NCBI GenBank assembly: GCA_963745075.1
Contig: CAVUWV010000010.1
Location: forward strand, 288,001 to 352,000
DNA: 64,000 bases
DNA from: Candidatus Hydrogenedentota bacterium
Lineage (GTDB): Bacteria > Hydrogenedentota > Hydrogenedentia > Hydrogenedentales > SLHB01
Direction of reading: 5' to 3'
Both the position numbers and the translations under genes were made by a program. The notes under the pieces were generated by a model. It made no database searches, had not been told where the DNA came from, and saw nothing but the letters and a program-made list of their open reading frames with translations. Shown in pieces: positions 50,110 through 63,125 of this stretch (positions within the stretch are counted from its first letter, which is position 1; each line of letters starts with the position of its first letter).

Positions 50110-50991
50110 TTAAAACGCCGGCCCCAGCCGCTTGCCGTTGTCGTCCCAGCGATAAAACCCCTCGCCGGATTTCGCGCCGAGTTTGCCTTCGCCCACAAGT
50201 TTGTGGAGCAACTCGGGGGCCTTCGGCGCGTATTCGGGATCGAGTTCGTGCATGACGTTGAACGCGTTCAACGATACGTCCAGCCCCGCCAGGTCGGCGA
50301 TGCACAACGGCCCGACGCGCATATTGAAACCGTCGCACATGCCCCGGTCGATGTCTTCGATGGAGCCTACGCCGCGCTCGACCAACCGCACCGCCTCGCA
50401 GGCCATCGCGCCGAAGATCCGGTTCATGAGGAACCCCGGGATGTCCTGTTTCACCAGCACCGGATTTTTCCCGAGCGCGCTCGCAAAATCCATCACCGAC
50501 GCGATCGTGGTCTCGTCGGTTTGCGGATTCGGAATCACTTCCACCAACCGCATGAGCGGCACCGGCCCGAAGAAGTGCATGCCGATAAACCGATCCGGCC
50601 GCTCCGTCGCACCGGCCAGTCGCGTGATCGGGATGGTGGAGGTGTTCGACGCGAAGACCGCGTTCCCATTGCAGATCGCATCGAGTTCGCCCAGCACCTT
50701 GAGTTTCAAATCGATGGCTTCATACACCGCTTCGATGAGGAGATCCGCGTCCGCGGCCGCATCGTACGACATGGCCGTCTCGATCCGGTTCAGGATGCAG
50801 TCGACCGAATCCGTCACCGCGCCTTTGAGAACGAGCTTCTCGACGGACCATTGAATCGTGCGGCGCGCCCGATCCAAACGTTCCGGATCGATATCGATGA
50901 GCGCAACGTCAAACCGGGCCTGCGCGCAGACCTGCGCGATCCCGCAGCCCATGAATCCCGAACCCACAATGGCGACCTTGTGAAACTTCAT
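50110..50991 (-). CDS. 3-hydroxyacyl-CoA (3-hydroxybutyryl-CoA) dehydrogenase
   Basis: VGSGFMGCGIA, SNTSTI, GMHFF, PGFLMNR, LGAKSGEGFY. Confidence 0.9.
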   Translation of the reverse strand: MKFHKVAIVGSGFMGCGIAQVCAQARFDVALIDIDPERLDRARRTIQWSVEKLVLKGAVTDSVDCILNRIETAMSYDAAADADLLIEAVYEAIDLKLKVLGELDAICNGNAVFASNTSTIPITRLAGATERPDRFIGMHFFGPVPLMRLVEVIPNPQTDETTIASVMDFASALGKNPVLVKQDIPGFLMNRIFGAMACEAVRLVERGVGSIEDIDRGMCDGFNMRVGPLCIADLAGLDVSLNAFNVMHELDPEYAPKAPELLHKLVGEGKLGAKSGEGFYRWDDNGKRLGPAF

Positions 50992-51090
50992 GGCACGCGC
51001 TCCTATCGGAAGGACGAAGATTTGCGCCAAACTCCCGCACGGTCAATCTCGCGAATGCGGGAGTCTATTTTACCATCCTGGTTGCAAACG

Positions 51091-51855
51091 CTACGTCGTG
51101 TACCCGCCGTCGCACGTAATGACCGCGCCGGTCGTGTAACTCGCCGCGTCCGACGCCAGATAAATCGCCGCGCCGACGATTTCGCTGGGTTGCGCGTGGC
51201 GGCCCATGGGCGTCTGGTCCTTGAAGAATCGGTACATCTCGGGTGTCTCGATCAACAGCGACGCAAACTTCGTCTCGACCAACCCGGGCGCGATCGCATT
51301 GCACCGCACGTTCGCACCGCCCAGTTCCTTGGCGAACATCTTCGTCATGGCGATTACGGCCGCCTTCGTGACCCCGTACACGCCTTGCATGGGCGGCGGC
51401 GATATCCCGGCGATGGACGCGATGTTGACGATCGATCCGCCGCCCTGCGCCACCATCATGCGGGCGGCATGTTGGGTCATGAGGAAGTAGCCCTTCACGT
51501 TCACTTCAAACGTCTTGTCAAACGCGCCCTCGGCAATGTCCACCGCCGGTCCGAAATATGGATTGGTTGCCGCATTGTTCACGAGGATATCCACGCGGCC
51601 CAGTTCGCTCTTGACGCGATCGAAAAGTGCCGCAATCGCCTCGGACTTGCCCGTGTGACACGCAATGGGCACGGCCTTGCCGCCCGCGGAATGGATGGAC
51701 CCCGCAACCGCGTCGAGCCCTTCCTGTTTGCGCGAACTCAGCACCACCGTCGCGCCCTGTTCCGCGAATCCCCGGGCAATGGCCTCGCCGATGCCCCGGC
51801 TCGCGCCCGTCACGATGGCGATCTTGTCGGTCAAATTGAACTCGGCAATAGCCAT
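51091..51855 (-). CDS. SDR family oxidoreductase
   Basis: TGASRGIG, NNAA, YGVTK (YxxxK), DGG. Confidence 0.9.
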   Translation of the reverse strand: MAIAEFNLTDKIAIVTGASRGIGEAIARGFAEQGATVVLSSRKQEGLDAVAGSIHSAGGKAVPIACHTGKSEAIAALFDRVKSELGRVDILVNNAATNPYFGPAVDIAEGAFDKTFEVNVKGYFLMTQHAARMMVAQGGGSIVNIASIAGISPPPMQGVYGVTKAAVIAMTKMFAKELGGANVRCNAIAPGLVETKFASLLIETPEMYRFFKDQTPMGRHAQPSEIVGAAIYLASDAASYTTGAVITCDGGYTT

Positions 51856-51886
51856 AGATTCTCCTTGCAGCACCTTCATTATGTCG

Positions 51887-52012
51887 TACTCGGCCTCGTA
51901 CTCGTACGCGTACTCGATTTACCACCGGGGACTCACCGTGCCTCACGATGCACTTCGGTAACCGGTAATAACGAAGACCTTCGAGTACGGTACGAGTACG
52001 AAGTACGAGTAC
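51887..52012. repeat. Paired hexamer-repeat element (GTACTC..n / GAGTAC..n)
   Basis: GTACTCGGCCTCGTACTCGTACGCGTACTCGA ... TCGAGTACGGTACGAGTACGAAGTACGAGTAC. Analogous TCGTAA/ACGAT pair at ~44795-44866. Confidence 0.65.
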
Positions 52013-52048
52013 GGAAACAATTACACCCTACGGAAGGCGTTGCCCGCC

Positions 52049-53098
52049 TTAGTACTTCTTCCCCAGTAAATGGCAGAGGATGTACCGGTCCAGCTCTTCG
52101 TAGTCCCGCGCCTTGATGAGTTCCGCTTCCAATTCCGAATTCAGCGACGTCACCTTGTCCAGCAGGAATTGGAACGTCAGTTTGCTGTTCGAAATATGCT
52201 TCGTGCCAACGTTGCGCTTTTGCGTACGCATGGCCTTCACGTCCAGCCCGACCCACTCGCCGTTGCGGCCGTACGCGTATTCTTCGAGCACCCGCACCTG
52301 GTTGAACGCGCGCCGCAGATTAAACGACCCGAACGACTTGTCCTGGTCGAATTTCATGTTACCCTGATCGTTCAGATGCACGCTCCACAACTTGTCGTGG
52401 GCGAGGGCATAGGCCATATCGTCCGAGGGATCCAGCCCCGCCAGCACGGAGTGCGCTGACTCGACCAGACACCCCACGCGCATGGGATCGATGGTCATGT
52501 AACTGAGACCCACCGCGTGGCCGATGGTCGAAATAATCGCGCTGTCCACCGGCTCGTTGGGTTTGGGTTCGATAAGGATCCGAATCTTCGCATCGTACGC
52601 CAGGAACGCATTGATCGCGTCGCGGATTTGCAGCACCTGTTTGCGCGCCACCTTGCTCTCGCGAATGTACGTGCCTTCCCGCGCCAACCACAGCACCATC
52701 GACGTCGTGCCCAGGATGTTCATGATATCGATGGCCTGTTTCGTGCGGTCGATGGCGTAGGCGCGCAACCGCGCACTGTTGTTCGTGTACCCGCCGTCGA
52801 TGGTTTCCGGCGCGAACCAGAGCCGCGGCGCGACGAATTCCGGCGCCAGACCCTCGCTGTCCAGCATCTGCTTGACCTTGGCCGCTTCTTTCGCGACTTG
52901 CGCGGCCGACTTGGAATCGATGTCCGGCACCACGTCGTCATCGTGGAACTGCATGCCGTCGAAACCGAGCTTCTTGGCCGTCTTCATCTTCGTCGCGAGC
53001 GGGATCGGCTCGCGCACCGGCGGCCCGAAGGGGTCCGCCCCTTCGTCGATGTTCCACGGTCCGAACGAAAACCGGTATTGTCCCTTAGGCTTTGCCAT
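52049..53098 (-). CDS. xylA: Xylose isomerase (class I-like)
   Basis: RFSFGPW, GADPFG, FHDDD, WLAREG, IEPKPNEP, HLNDQ..KFDQD. Confidence 0.85.
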   Translation of the reverse strand: MAKPKGQYRFSFGPWNIDEGADPFGPPVREPIPLATKMKTAKKLGFDGMQFHDDDVVPDIDSKSAAQVAKEAAKVKQMLDSEGLAPEFVAPRLWFAPETIDGGYTNNSARLRAYAIDRTKQAIDIMNILGTTSMVLWLAREGTYIRESKVARKQVLQIRDAINAFLAYDAKIRILIEPKPNEPVDSAIISTIGHAVGLSYMTIDPMRVGCLVESAHSVLAGLDPSDDMAYALAHDKLWSVHLNDQGNMKFDQDKSFGSFNLRRAFNQVRVLEEYAYGRNGEWVGLDVKAMRTQKRNVGTKHISNSKLTFQFLLDKVTSLNSELEAELIKARDYEELDRYILCHLLGKKY

Positions 53099-53464
53099 TT
53101 CTAGTGCTCCTCCATCCGCATCACCCCGCGGTCGTGTGTGACCACAACTTCCGGGTAGCATACGGACCGCAGGACGAAAGATGCAACCATGCCTCGAAGT
53201 GCCGGCGGCATGTGGCTTGGGTGTCCTCGTCCAAGGAGTTTGGACACATGGCCAGCCAACGCGCAGGAACCTTGGGCCGGGACGCCTAAGCCACGAGAAC
53301 GCGCAACGGCCTGCACCATCCCATGGAGATGAACTCCCTTGCGACTTGCCGGCGTTTCCGTCGTTTCCCGTTTGAAACATTGGGATTTGTTTCGGATTTC
53401 GTGCTTCGGATTTCGATTTTCTTCGCGGCGACGCAGCGCCGGTCCACCACAGCTAACAAGCCCT

Positions 53465-56400
53465 TTACGCATTCCCGTCCAGGGCGGAACGCACGACGCG
53501 CGCCACGTCCGCAAACGTCGCCGGCTTGGGGAGGATGGCCGCCATCCCGGCGTGTAGCAGTTGTTCCTTGAGCGGTTCTCCGGTATGGCCGGTGGTGACG
53601 ATGATCGGCAGTTCGGGTCGAACCTTCTTTATCTCCACCGCTAACTCGGCGCCGGTCATCCTGGGCATGGTTTGATCCGTAATCACCAGGTCGAATCCAT
53701 CGGGATCCGCCCGAAATGCCGCCAGGCCCTCCTCGGCACGCGTCACGGCGGCCACCTCGTACCCGAGCTGCCGCAGCGTGCGCTCCAGCAACCGTACGAG
53801 CGCCACTTCGTCGTCCACCACCAGAACCCGTTCGTGTCCGCCGCGCACGGTTTCCAGCGAACTTGACGGCTCCGACAGGTCGATCTCGGCGCGCGGCAAG
53901 TACACGTGGAACGTCGTTCCTGCGCCCACTTCGCTGTAGACCGAAATCGTACCGCCGTGGGAGGTCACGATGCCGTGCACCGTCGCAAGTCCCATCCCCG
54001 TGCCTTCCCCCTGGGGTTTTGTCGTAAAGAACGGTTCGAATATCTTGTCCAGAACTTCTTGGGCGATACCGTGGCCGGTATCACTCACGGTGAGAAGCAC
54101 GTATTCACCTTCGTGCAGACCGGGCCTCGCCTCGGCCAGCGTCCGATCGGCGCTGAGCGGTTGGACGACCACCGTCAGGGTGCCGCCCGAGGCCTGCATG
54201 GCGTGATAGGCGTTCGTGCAGAGATTCATGAGCACTTGGTGAATCTGGCTGGGGTCGGCGAAAACCGCGCAATCCCGATCGTTGATCTCGGTGCGGATCT
54301 CGATCGTCGCGGGAAGCGACGGCCGAAGCAGCTTCAGCGCTTCCTTTACGATCAGGCCGATCTCAACGGCTTGCCGCTCCTCTTCCGTCTGCCGGCTGAA
54401 CGTGAGGATCTGGCGAACCAAGTCCGTGGCCCGCGAGGCCGCCTTCAAGAGTTCGCCCATGTCGGCCTGGGGTTCGCTGTCTTTGGGAAGCGCGTCCGCT
54501 ACCAACTGACCGTATCCCAGAATCGCGCCGAGAATGTTGTTGAAGTCGTGGGCAATGCCGCCCGCCAGCGTGCCGATGGCTTCCAACTTCTGCGACTGAA
54601 TCAAGCGCCTTTCCAGGGCAATCTGTTCCGTAATATCCCGTTGGAGGGCGACGTAACTGACGACGTGGCCGTACTCGTCAACCACGGGAGAGATGGTCAT
54701 TTCGGCGGTATACGACTGTCCGTCCTTCTTCTTGTTCTGCAGGCGGCCCGACCAAACCTCGCCCCGGCCGAGGATTTGCCATAGATCGTTGTAAAAGGCT
54801 TCGTCCTGCACGCCGCTCTTCAGAATCCGGGGATTCTCTCCCGTTACTTCACCGCGTAGGTACCCGGTGATGCGTTCGAATGCGGGATTGACGTACGTAA
54901 TCGCTCCTTGAGCATCGGTGACGAGCACCGCTTCCGCCGCCTGCTCCAGGGCAATCCCCAGCCGGGAGCGCTCTTCCTCCGCGCGCTTCTGCTCCGTGAT
55001 ATCCTGGTTCACCCCACGCGTCTTGAAGGTCTGGCCCCGCGCGTCCTTCACGGTGGTAATCCACACGGAGACCACGCGCACCTCGCCGTCTCGCCGTCGA
55101 ATGCGATGTTCCAATTGCCATTCCGCATCGGGATCGGTCTCCGCAATCGCACGGGCAATTTCATCGCCCACGATGTGCACATCTTCCGGAAATAGAAATC
55201 GGCTCGCGTATTCTTCCGCCGTCATAGTGTATCCGCCCTCCCGTTCGACGGTCGTACCGTACAACGCATAGAATCGATCGCTGAACGTGAGTGCTCCGCT
55301 CGCCACGTCGAATTCCCAATGCGCCGATTTCGCCAAGTCCAATGCTTGGCCCAAACTTCGCTCACTCCATTCAAGCGCCTCCTGCGCCTGTTTTCGTTCC
55401 GAGATGTCAAAACCATAAATGTTGACCAGGTTCGCGGCCTCAATGGGGGCGACGGTGAAGAGGAACGTCTTCCCGTCGCAGTCGATTTCGTCCTTCACGA
55501 CGCGTCCTTCCCGCAAGGTTGTCGATATGTGACTGGAGAGCGTGTCCGGCAACCGTTCGCCCGGCCGGCAATGCCAGGACGATAACAATACCTCGCTGGC
55601 AGGGTTGGCAAATTCGATGATCCCCCTGTGGTCCACGCGCAGGACGGGGTTCGGATTCTCACTCGGGAACCGGGCGATCCGCTTGACCTCGTCATGCGCG
55701 TTCTTCAGTTCCGTCACGTCCTGGAAGCACCCCCGGACCCGCACCACCTTTCCATCTTCAAGGATTGGCCGCCCGATCGTCCGTACCCAACGGCGGTTCC
55801 CCTTGGCCGTCACCAGTTCCAGCACGAGATCGTACGGCGTCCCGCTCTCGATGGCTTCGCGTACCGCGTTCTCAATGCGGTCCCGATGTTCGCCGTGGTA
55901 GAACTCGAGTCCGAGTTTCGCAGAGGTCTCCGCCGACGGATCGACTTCGTGGATTCGAGCCACCTCTTCCGTCCAGGCTCCCTTCCCCGTTGCCGGATCG
56001 AATTCCCAACCCCCGATCTTCGCGAGGCGCCCCGTTTCCAAGAGAAGTTCCTGGATGTATTGGAGTTGTTGTTCGGATTCCTTGCGGTCGCTTATATCGA
56101 CGTGAGAACCCAGGAGTCGGACGGGCTTGCCGTTCTCGTCTAGAATCACTCGTCCCCGGGCCGAAATCCAAATATACGTTCCGTCTTTGTGGCGCATCCG
56201 AAATTCGTTTCTGTATTCGCCTTCTGGTTTCTCCAGGTATGCCGCGACCGCCGCTTTCGCATGTTCCACGTCTTCCGGATGAACGTGCTTTTCCCAACTT
56301 GCGTAGTCGTTTCCTATCTCGCCTTCGTCATACCCGAGTTGATTTTTCCACTCCGGCGAGTAATACACGTCATTCGTGCGAAGGTCCCAGTCCCACAGAC

Positions 56401-57520
56401 CCGTATTCGATGCCGCAATCGCGAGTTTCAGCTCTTCCGCGGTGTCGTTCAGTTTCTGTTGTGTTCGGCGGTACTCTTCCTGCGTCCGAAGCGCCCCGAT
56501 TCCGTACGACAAGTCCGCGGCCAGTTCCACCAGGATTCGTGATTCCTCCTCTCGAAACGCATCGCGGCGAGTGGAATACAGAATCAACAATCCAATGCTC
56601 TGCCCGGCCACGGTTAACGGCAGCGCGAAAGTGGACGCAAAGCCGTGGCTCAACGCCTTTTTCCGCCATGGTTCAAAACTGGGGTCGGTTGCGATGTCCC
56701 GAACGGTGTTGGGTTTGCCCGTGCGGATAGCCGTGCCAACGGGTCCGCGTCCCGTCACAGTCTCGTCCCACGCCACACGAATACCTTTGAGATAAGCCGC
56801 TTCGCGCCCCGCCGAAGCTACGGGCCGGACGGACTTTTCGGGATCGTTCTCGACGTATCCCACCCAGACCAGCGGAAACGCGCCTTCCCGCTCGATGCTG
56901 TGACAGACCGTCTTCAACAACTCCGATTCTTCCGTGGCGCGGACGAGGGCCTGGTTGCAGGCACTGACGATACGCAGGGCGCGGTTGATCCGCTTCAGCT
57001 CAGCCCGAGTCTCCTCCCGGGCCGTCATGTCTTCGATAGTCACAACCACCTGATCCACCTGGCCCTCGGCATCGAAGACGGGAACGGCGCTTGCCGACAC
57101 GGATACGCGCCGGTCATCCGGAAAGACCATGGTGTAGCGAACCCCATGAACTGGGGCACGTGTCCGGATCGCCTGAGTGAGGGGCAGTTTCTCGTCCGGA
57201 AACGGCTTGCCATTGAGATGCGTGTGGGACACCTGGCGGAGGCAATCGCGCGCTAACTCGCCGGCATTGCCGGAGCATGCCAGGAGCCGCGTCGCGTGAG
57301 CGTTCGCCGAAACGATCGTGCCCTGCCGATTCAAAACGAGAATAGCGACAGGACTGGCCGATAGGATGGCCTCATTTAGACGCTCGGCGTCTGCCCGCTC
57401 ACCGGGTGAGGCACGTAATTCGTCGGACGGACATTCCGCCGCTGCACAGGGATCACCCGCCTGGGCTTCCCCCGTAGTCCGTTTCGTTTTCCGCTCGCGC
57501 TGTTCGTGCCTGTGTGCCAT
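53465..57520 (-). CDS. Cytoplasmic hybrid sensor histidine kinase (multiple PAS, GAF, HisKA/HATPase, receiver)
   Basis: [38 protein letters not shown]. Confidence 0.95.
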   Translation of the reverse strand: MAHRHEQRERKTKRTTGEAQAGDPCAAAECPSDELRASPGERADAERLNEAILSASPVAILVLNRQGTIVSANAHATRLLACSGNAGELARDCLRQVSHTHLNGKPFPDEKLPLTQAIRTRAPVHGVRYTMVFPDDRRVSVSASAVPVFDAEGQVDQVVVTIEDMTAREETRAELKRINRALRIVSACNQALVRATEESELLKTVCHSIEREGAFPLVWVGYVENDPEKSVRPVASAGREAAYLKGIRVAWDETVTGRGPVGTAIRTGKPNTVRDIATDPSFEPWRKKALSHGFASTFALPLTVAGQSIGLLILYSTRRDAFREEESRILVELAADLSYGIGALRTQEEYRRTQQKLNDTAEELKLAIAASNTGLWDWDLRTNDVYYSPEWKNQLGYDEGEIGNDYASWEKHVHPEDVEHAKAAVAAYLEKPEGEYRNEFRMRHKDGTYIWISARGRVILDENGKPVRLLGSHVDISDRKESEQQLQYIQELLLETGRLAKIGGWEFDPATGKGAWTEEVARIHEVDPSAETSAKLGLEFYHGEHRDRIENAVREAIESGTPYDLVLELVTAKGNRRWVRTIGRPILEDGKVVRVRGCFQDVTELKNAHDEVKRIARFPSENPNPVLRVDHRGIIEFANPASEVLLSSWHCRPGERLPDTLSSHISTTLREGRVVKDEIDCDGKTFLFTVAPIEAANLVNIYGFDISERKQAQEALEWSERSLGQALDLAKSAHWEFDVASGALTFSDRFYALYGTTVEREGGYTMTAEEYASRFLFPEDVHIVGDEIARAIAETDPDAEWQLEHRIRRRDGEVRVVSVWITTVKDARGQTFKTRGVNQDITEQKRAEEERSRLGIALEQAAEAVLVTDAQGAITYVNPAFERITGYLRGEVTGENPRILKSGVQDEAFYNDLWQILGRGEVWSGRLQNKKKDGQSYTAEMTISPVVDEYGHVVSYVALQRDITEQIALERRLIQSQKLEAIGTLAGGIAHDFNNILGAILGYGQLVADALPKDSEPQADMGELLKAASRATDLVRQILTFSRQTEEERQAVEIGLIVKEALKLLRPSLPATIEIRTEINDRDCAVFADPSQIHQVLMNLCTNAYHAMQASGGTLTVVVQPLSADRTLAEARPGLHEGEYVLLTVSDTGHGIAQEVLDKIFEPFFTTKPQGEGTGMGLATVHGIVTSHGGTISVYSEVGAGTTFHVYLPRAEIDLSEPSSSLETVRGGHERVLVVDDEVALVRLLERTLRQLGYEVAAVTRAEEGLAAFRADPDGFDLVITDQTMPRMTGAELAVEIKKVRPELPIIVTTGHTGEPLKEQLLHAGMAAILPKPATFADVARVVRSALDGNA

Positions 57521-57734
57521 AGGAAGTCTTGCAGTAACGTCAACAGAATAATTGTCGCACATTTAGACGAATGGTACAAGAGCTTAGACGTAAAGATAGG
57601 TAACAGTGACTAGATAAGGGAATCCACCTATACATCGGCGCGCCTTTTATGCCCCCCTGACAGCAACCGCAAGTCAGTAACGAACTCACGGTATTGCCTT
57701 TACTTTTTTGAATTGCGCCATCAGAATCGCACGT

Positions 57735-59746
57735 ATGAATATGATTAGACTTTTTTCAGCCTTCGCAATACTCGCAGCGTCCCCGGTTTTCGCAGAACCT
57801 TGGAACCCGCCCAATCTTGTGGCGAATCCGGGATTCGAGAAAACCGCGGAAAGCGGATTTCCCGCCGGGTGGAACGGGGACCGATCCGTCTACAGCCGCG
57901 ACACCGAAAAAAAGCATTTCGGCGAAGCGTCGCTGAAGTTCGTGAATGCCGACACGGGCAGGTACGTGCTCTGCGCGCAGAGCCTGCCCTTCGAAGCAGG
58001 CAAGAAGTACGCGTTCAGTGCGTGGATGAAGTCGGAGAACGTCGAAGGCGACGATTCCGGCGCGACCATCTGCATCGAGTATCGGAACGCCGAAGGCAAA
58101 TGGGCCGGCGGCGCCTATTGCCGTACGGGACTGAAGGGAACCTCGGACTGGACGCGTCTCGAAACCGTGTCGGGTCCCGTCCCGGAAGGCGTCGTGGCCG
58201 GAACGGTCGTGTGTTACGTCCGCAAAGGTATGACGGGCACGGCGTGGTGGGACGACGTCGAGGTGCGCGAACACCGCGACGATCCGCTCGCAATCAAATT
58301 GCTCTCGCCAAACTATCGTGGCGAAGTTACGGACGCCGGACCGGAAATGGTATGCGTCTTCGCGGACACGGCGAATCTTAATGACTATCCGCTCGCTGCA
58401 AACGACGTCGAACTGCATTGGAGCGTGACGCCAGAAGACGCGACCGAACCCACGGTCACCGGCAACGAACCCGTATCGAAAGCAATGGCGAATGAACTTC
58501 GCATGCCCGGAAAGACACTAACCCCGGGAACCTACACATCACCGTCCAGTTGCAGGACCAGGCGTCGGGCCACGTTCTCTCCACGAAGACGTACACCGTT
58601 ACGCGGCTCGGCGAAACACGCCCATCGCACGGCGTACATCGACGAATACAACCGGCTCATCTACCAGGGCCAAGCCTTCTTCCCCCTCGGCATGTACTGG
58701 GGATCGGTCGACGACCAATCGCTCGACATCTACGCGGACAGTCCCTTCAACTGCCTCATGCCCTACAACATGCTTGGGCGCGAAGACATGGATCGCGTTG
58801 ACGCACGCGGTTTGAAAGTCATCTACTCCGTGAAAGACTGCTACGCCTTTCTGAAATGCGCATCCGCGACAGCATCAAATCCGAGGACGACGAGCGGCCC
58901 TTCATCGCGAGCAAGGTGGAAGCTTTTCGCGATCACCCCGCGCTGCTCGCGTGGTACCTCAACGATGAAGCGCCGCTTTCGCAATTGGATCGGCTCGTAC
59001 TGCACAAGCAATGGCTCGAAGAACTCGATCCGAACCATCCCACGTGGTCGGTGCTCTATCAGGTCAACGAAATCGGTGGTTACTTCGATTCGTGCCACGC
59101 CATCGGTACGGACCCCTATCCCATCCCAAACAAACCCGCCGCCATGGCGGGGGAATGGACGCGCAAGACCGTCGAGGCCATGCACCACGCGCGGCCCGTG
59201 TGGATGGTTCCGCAAGTGTTTAATTGGGCCGCGTACAAGGAGACCGAAGAAGACAAGGCGCAGCAGCGCCAGCCCACCATCGACGAAATCCGATCCATGA
59301 CCTGGCAATGCATCGCCGAAGGCGCGAACGGCCTCATCTTCTACAGTTGGTTCAACATCTACCTGCCCGAACGCAACGCGGGCCTCGACTTCGACGCCTT
59401 CTGGCCTCAGTTCAAAGGCGTCGTGCAGGAAGTGAAGGACATGACGCCGGCCTTGCTCTCCGTCGAGACGCCGCCCGCCATCACCACCGGCGACGCCGAC
59501 TGGCTCAACTGGACCGTCAAACGCATGGGAAAGAAGGTCTACCTCATCGCCGTCAACAACACCGGCGATCCGCACGAGGCGACGTTCACACTGCCGTTCG
59601 CACCGGTGAGCGCGAGGAAGTTCGGAACAGACAAGACGATCCCGATGAACGGCCCGAAGTCGCTCGAACTATCGTTCGAGCCCTTCGCTGTGCACTCTGC
59701 GAGTTGGTGGAACCGTAGGCGGACGGAAATGGTGCGGCTAATCTGA
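57735..59746 (+). CDS. Secreted carbohydrate-binding (CBM4/9-like) plus glycoside-hydrolase-like protein with several frameshifts
   Basis: NLVANPGFE, FFPLGMY, HPALLAWYLNDE, GTDPYP, VWMVPQ spread across ORFs 57708-59300, 58550-58801 and 58856-59746. Confidence 0.7.
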
Positions 59747-59800
59747 CGTATCTGGTCGTGAACCGCGATGCGTGGAACGGAATGAGTCTCTCGGCACCAC

Positions 59801-59881
59801 GTAGCGCAGGCGTCTCGCCTGCAATCTTTGGGGTATATTGGTCAAGTGTACCCAAAGATGCAGGCGAGACGCCTGCGCTAC
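59801..59881. repeat. Family E REP doublet forming an ~80-nt hairpin
   Basis: GTAGCGCAGGCGTCTCGCCTGCAATCTTTGGG..CCCAAAGATGCAGGCGAGACGCCTGCGCTAC. Confidence 0.85.
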
Positions 59882-59892
59882 ATGCGGTCTTA

Positions 59893-62800
59893 CTATTGGT
59901 CGTCCGGCGCAAGCACCAAATCCGCCTGGCCGACTTCTCCGTCTGCGATATCGAGTTCCATTTTGGCGGACAGAGGCGGGTCGAACACCTGGGCGGTCAC
60001 GGTTGCATGGCCTGACGGGATCGCGTCGAAGCGGAACGTGCCATCGGAACTTACGTTTGTATCCCGTTGCTCGGTACCGAACGGGGTGGCGACAAGCAAC
60101 GTCATATGGACACTGGGAACCGGCGTGTCCTGATAGGTGACCGAACCGGTAATCGCGGCTGTCACTGAGGGCAGATTGAAGTCCAGCACGTTGGCGTTGC
60201 CTTCGGTCAACTGTAATCGCTTGGCTGAACCAGCGCGTGATACGCGTGTCGTCTTCCAGATACATCGACGTGAGCGTCAGCGCGAATCCGTTACCTGCCG
60301 GGAGGTGATCAAAACGGTACGCGCCGTCGCCATCGGTCTTCGTAGTGAAACGCTGCATACCGGGACCATGCCCGAAGAAGATCCGCACCTCCGTATCCGC
60401 GGCCGGTTCCCCGTCGATGGTTACGCCGCCCGCCAGCGTGCATCCTTCGCTAAGGGTTACGGTCACCGTGTTTTCGCGGTTGGCATCAAGCGCGACATCG
60501 ACGTTCGCCAGGGAGTAAGCCTCGTGGTACACGCTGACGAGCTTCAACGTCGCCGGCTGGTTGTCCAGCGTGAACTGTCCATCCTCATTTGTCTGCATCA
60601 CCGCCGCGAGTCGCGGTTCCATGCCGTTCGGAACACCGCCAGGGACGATGTAGGCATTGGCTACGGGATTGCCGGAGGAATCTTGAACCGTCCCCGTCAA
60701 CGTCAGGCCTCCGCTCAACGCAATGCGCAGATTGGACCGCGTCTCTCCCGGTTTGACGTTGTCGATTTCGAGTTCCGACTCCGCGTAACCGTCGGCCTTG
60801 ACAACCACGGTCACCGGTCCGGGCGCTACCCCTTCGATACGAAAACGTCCTTCGGGATCCACTTGTGGCCGCATGCGCGTGCGTTCGCCCGTTTGATTCT
60901 TCGTTTTGTTGTCGAGATGGACCAGGTCAAACTGCTCAATGGGCTTGCCCGTGGACACGTCCACCACCTGTCCTTCGAGCACGGCCATGGCGTCCATGAC
61001 AATCTCGAGACCCGCGGTCCCTGCAGCAACGTCGGGCATCAGCACCCTTGGATGATCGTCGTGCTCCGCGACAATGGTCACCGACGTGTCGGGCAGTCCC
61101 GTGATTTCAAAAGCTCCGGTCTCGTCGCTCTGCGTGAACTTAAAGGCATCGCTGCCGTGAGCCCGCACTTCCGCCTTGGCGATAGGGTTGCCCTGTGTAT
61201 CGACGACCCGTCCCAAGATGGTCAGACCGGTTACGGCCTTACCTTGGTAGACGAGCCGCAACCCATCGATATGGTCGCCGGGTTTCAAATCGATGGTTTC
61301 GGGCCCGGTCGCCGGGGAATGGAGTTGCCGCATCTTCGGATCGTGCAAGAAGAGCCGGTGTTTTCCCGGTGCAAGTCCCTCAATGTGGAAGCGTCCATCC
61401 ACTCCGGAATCCGAGGATGAGCGTCCAACGTAGCGCTGAATACCTTTCTCCTCAAAGCCCGTCGACACGCGAATTCCCGCCATCGGCTTGCCACTGGGAT
61501 CAACGACCGTCCCTTCAATCGTTGCAGCCGAATGCAGTACAAGGCGCACATCGGCAAGACCTCCATCGGTCAACTCCACCGGGCCGTACAGATCGCTTAC
61601 CAATTTGCCCGTCACCTCCGCGTCGAGGGTGAAATGCGGCGTCCGCGGAAATCCGGCAAGACTGAAGCGGCCATCCTCGCGGGTGATGAATGATTCGAGT
61701 GATAGGTAGTTATCCCGATCCCTTCCTTCGACTTCTGCGCCGGAGATAGGATTTCCCTGTTCATCAACGCAGATACCCGACACGCGAATCCCTATGACAA
61801 TTGGAAAGTCAATACCCTCGAGGACCTGTCCTTTCGATATCCGGATTGTCTTCGGCTCATTGCCGGTATTGGGTACGCGAAGATCGGAGAAGGTGCGCTG
61901 GAGCGCATACTCACCGGGCGCGGGAACCTCTATTCGGTACACGCCGTCAACGTTCGTAGTAGCCTTTACCGTGAGGTCCGATTCCTCGTTGGCCGGTTTC
62001 AACGCAATCTCCAGATTGGGAACCGGCTCGCCCGTCTCGACAATGTATGCCTGGCCCGTGACGACGCTCGCGTCGGGATCGACCGGTGGATTGTTTGATA
62101 CGGCTTCCGCGACGGCCATTGCGAACGCCGCCGGATCGCCGTTCGCAGGTTGTGGCGGTCCGGTTGTGTCGCCTTCAGCGGGTTGCAGCGGTTCCGTCGC
62201 CGAACGCGCTACTTCCGTTGCATCTGCTTCCATACGTGACGTGGGACGTTCGAGCGCCAGTACGTGCCACGCGGCAAATCCCGCGATTGTCGCGACGGCG
62301 CATGCCGCGACGATCTTCGCGGCAAGTACGCCCGCGCCCGCACCCAACGTCGTGGCGGAAGGTCCTGCCAAAGCGAGTTTGGCGATGTTGACCGTCAACG
62401 CTTGAGGCGCCGCTTCCGCGACCGCGTTCGTTGCCAGCAGAACGCTTAAGGCCCCGCCCGCGATTCCCACTCCTCGGCGCTGGAGAGATGTACGCATACG
62501 CTCCACCGCGCGGTGGAGACGATGCGTCACAGCCGATCGCGTGACCCCCAGAGATCGAGCGATGTCCTCGTGCGTTTCGTCCTCAAAGAAATGACGTAGG
62601 ACCGGTTCGCTCAGGTCGCGGGGCAATTCGGCAATGACTTCGTCCACCAAGTCATAGAGATCGTCCCAGCCAATCTCGATCGTACCTGCCTTGTCCAACC
62701 CATAGGCGGACACGCGTTCGGCGTGGCGTTTTTTTGCGCGGATGCGGTTGATGGCCCGGTTGGTGGCGACGGTGTGCAGCCAACTGGCAAGGTTCCGGTT

Positions 62801-62992
62801 GGGACGTTTGCGCGTCGAGCACAGGACTTCAAAGCACTCCTGCGCAACGTCTTCCGCGTCGGTTGGGTTTCGCAAGACACGCAGGCACGTCGAGTACACC
62901 ATGCCCGCGTGGCGCTGCGCGATCGTCTTGAACGCCTCCGCGTCGCGGTGGGTGTACCAGCGGTCGAGGAGGGCTTGGTCGTTGGCTGCCAT
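59893..62992 (-). CDS. ECF sigma-70 factor fused to a TM segment and tandem carboxypeptidase-regulatory-like domains (frameshift ~60200)
   Basis: DAEDVAQE..WLHTVATN (sigma2), LPRDL..THEDIARSLG (sigma4), repeats of the GRVVD..PIA..GRF type. The C-terminus continues in ORF 59893-60210. Confidence 0.85.
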
Positions 62993-63125
62993 GATCGGTC
63001 TCCCGTGAACGGTACTGCGTGTTGGGTTATCCGATCAATGAGACAACGCCGGAGCCGAATTGGTGAATGGGATGCACACCCATCCGCGAGCGAGTTACCT
63101 CAACGCGCGACGCCCGCGGCAACCC

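Noticed and set aside
2786..60210. Many frameshifted genes (~2788, compensating pair ~3425-3455, ~22285, ~33100, ~33365, ~42665, ~58540-58860, ~60200) as programmed frameshifting, phase variation or mass pseudogenisation
   Set aside because: These are single-base indels, several in short homopolymers, scattered over unrelated and otherwise intact genes. Long-read consensus error is the simplest explanation; raw reads are needed to decide.
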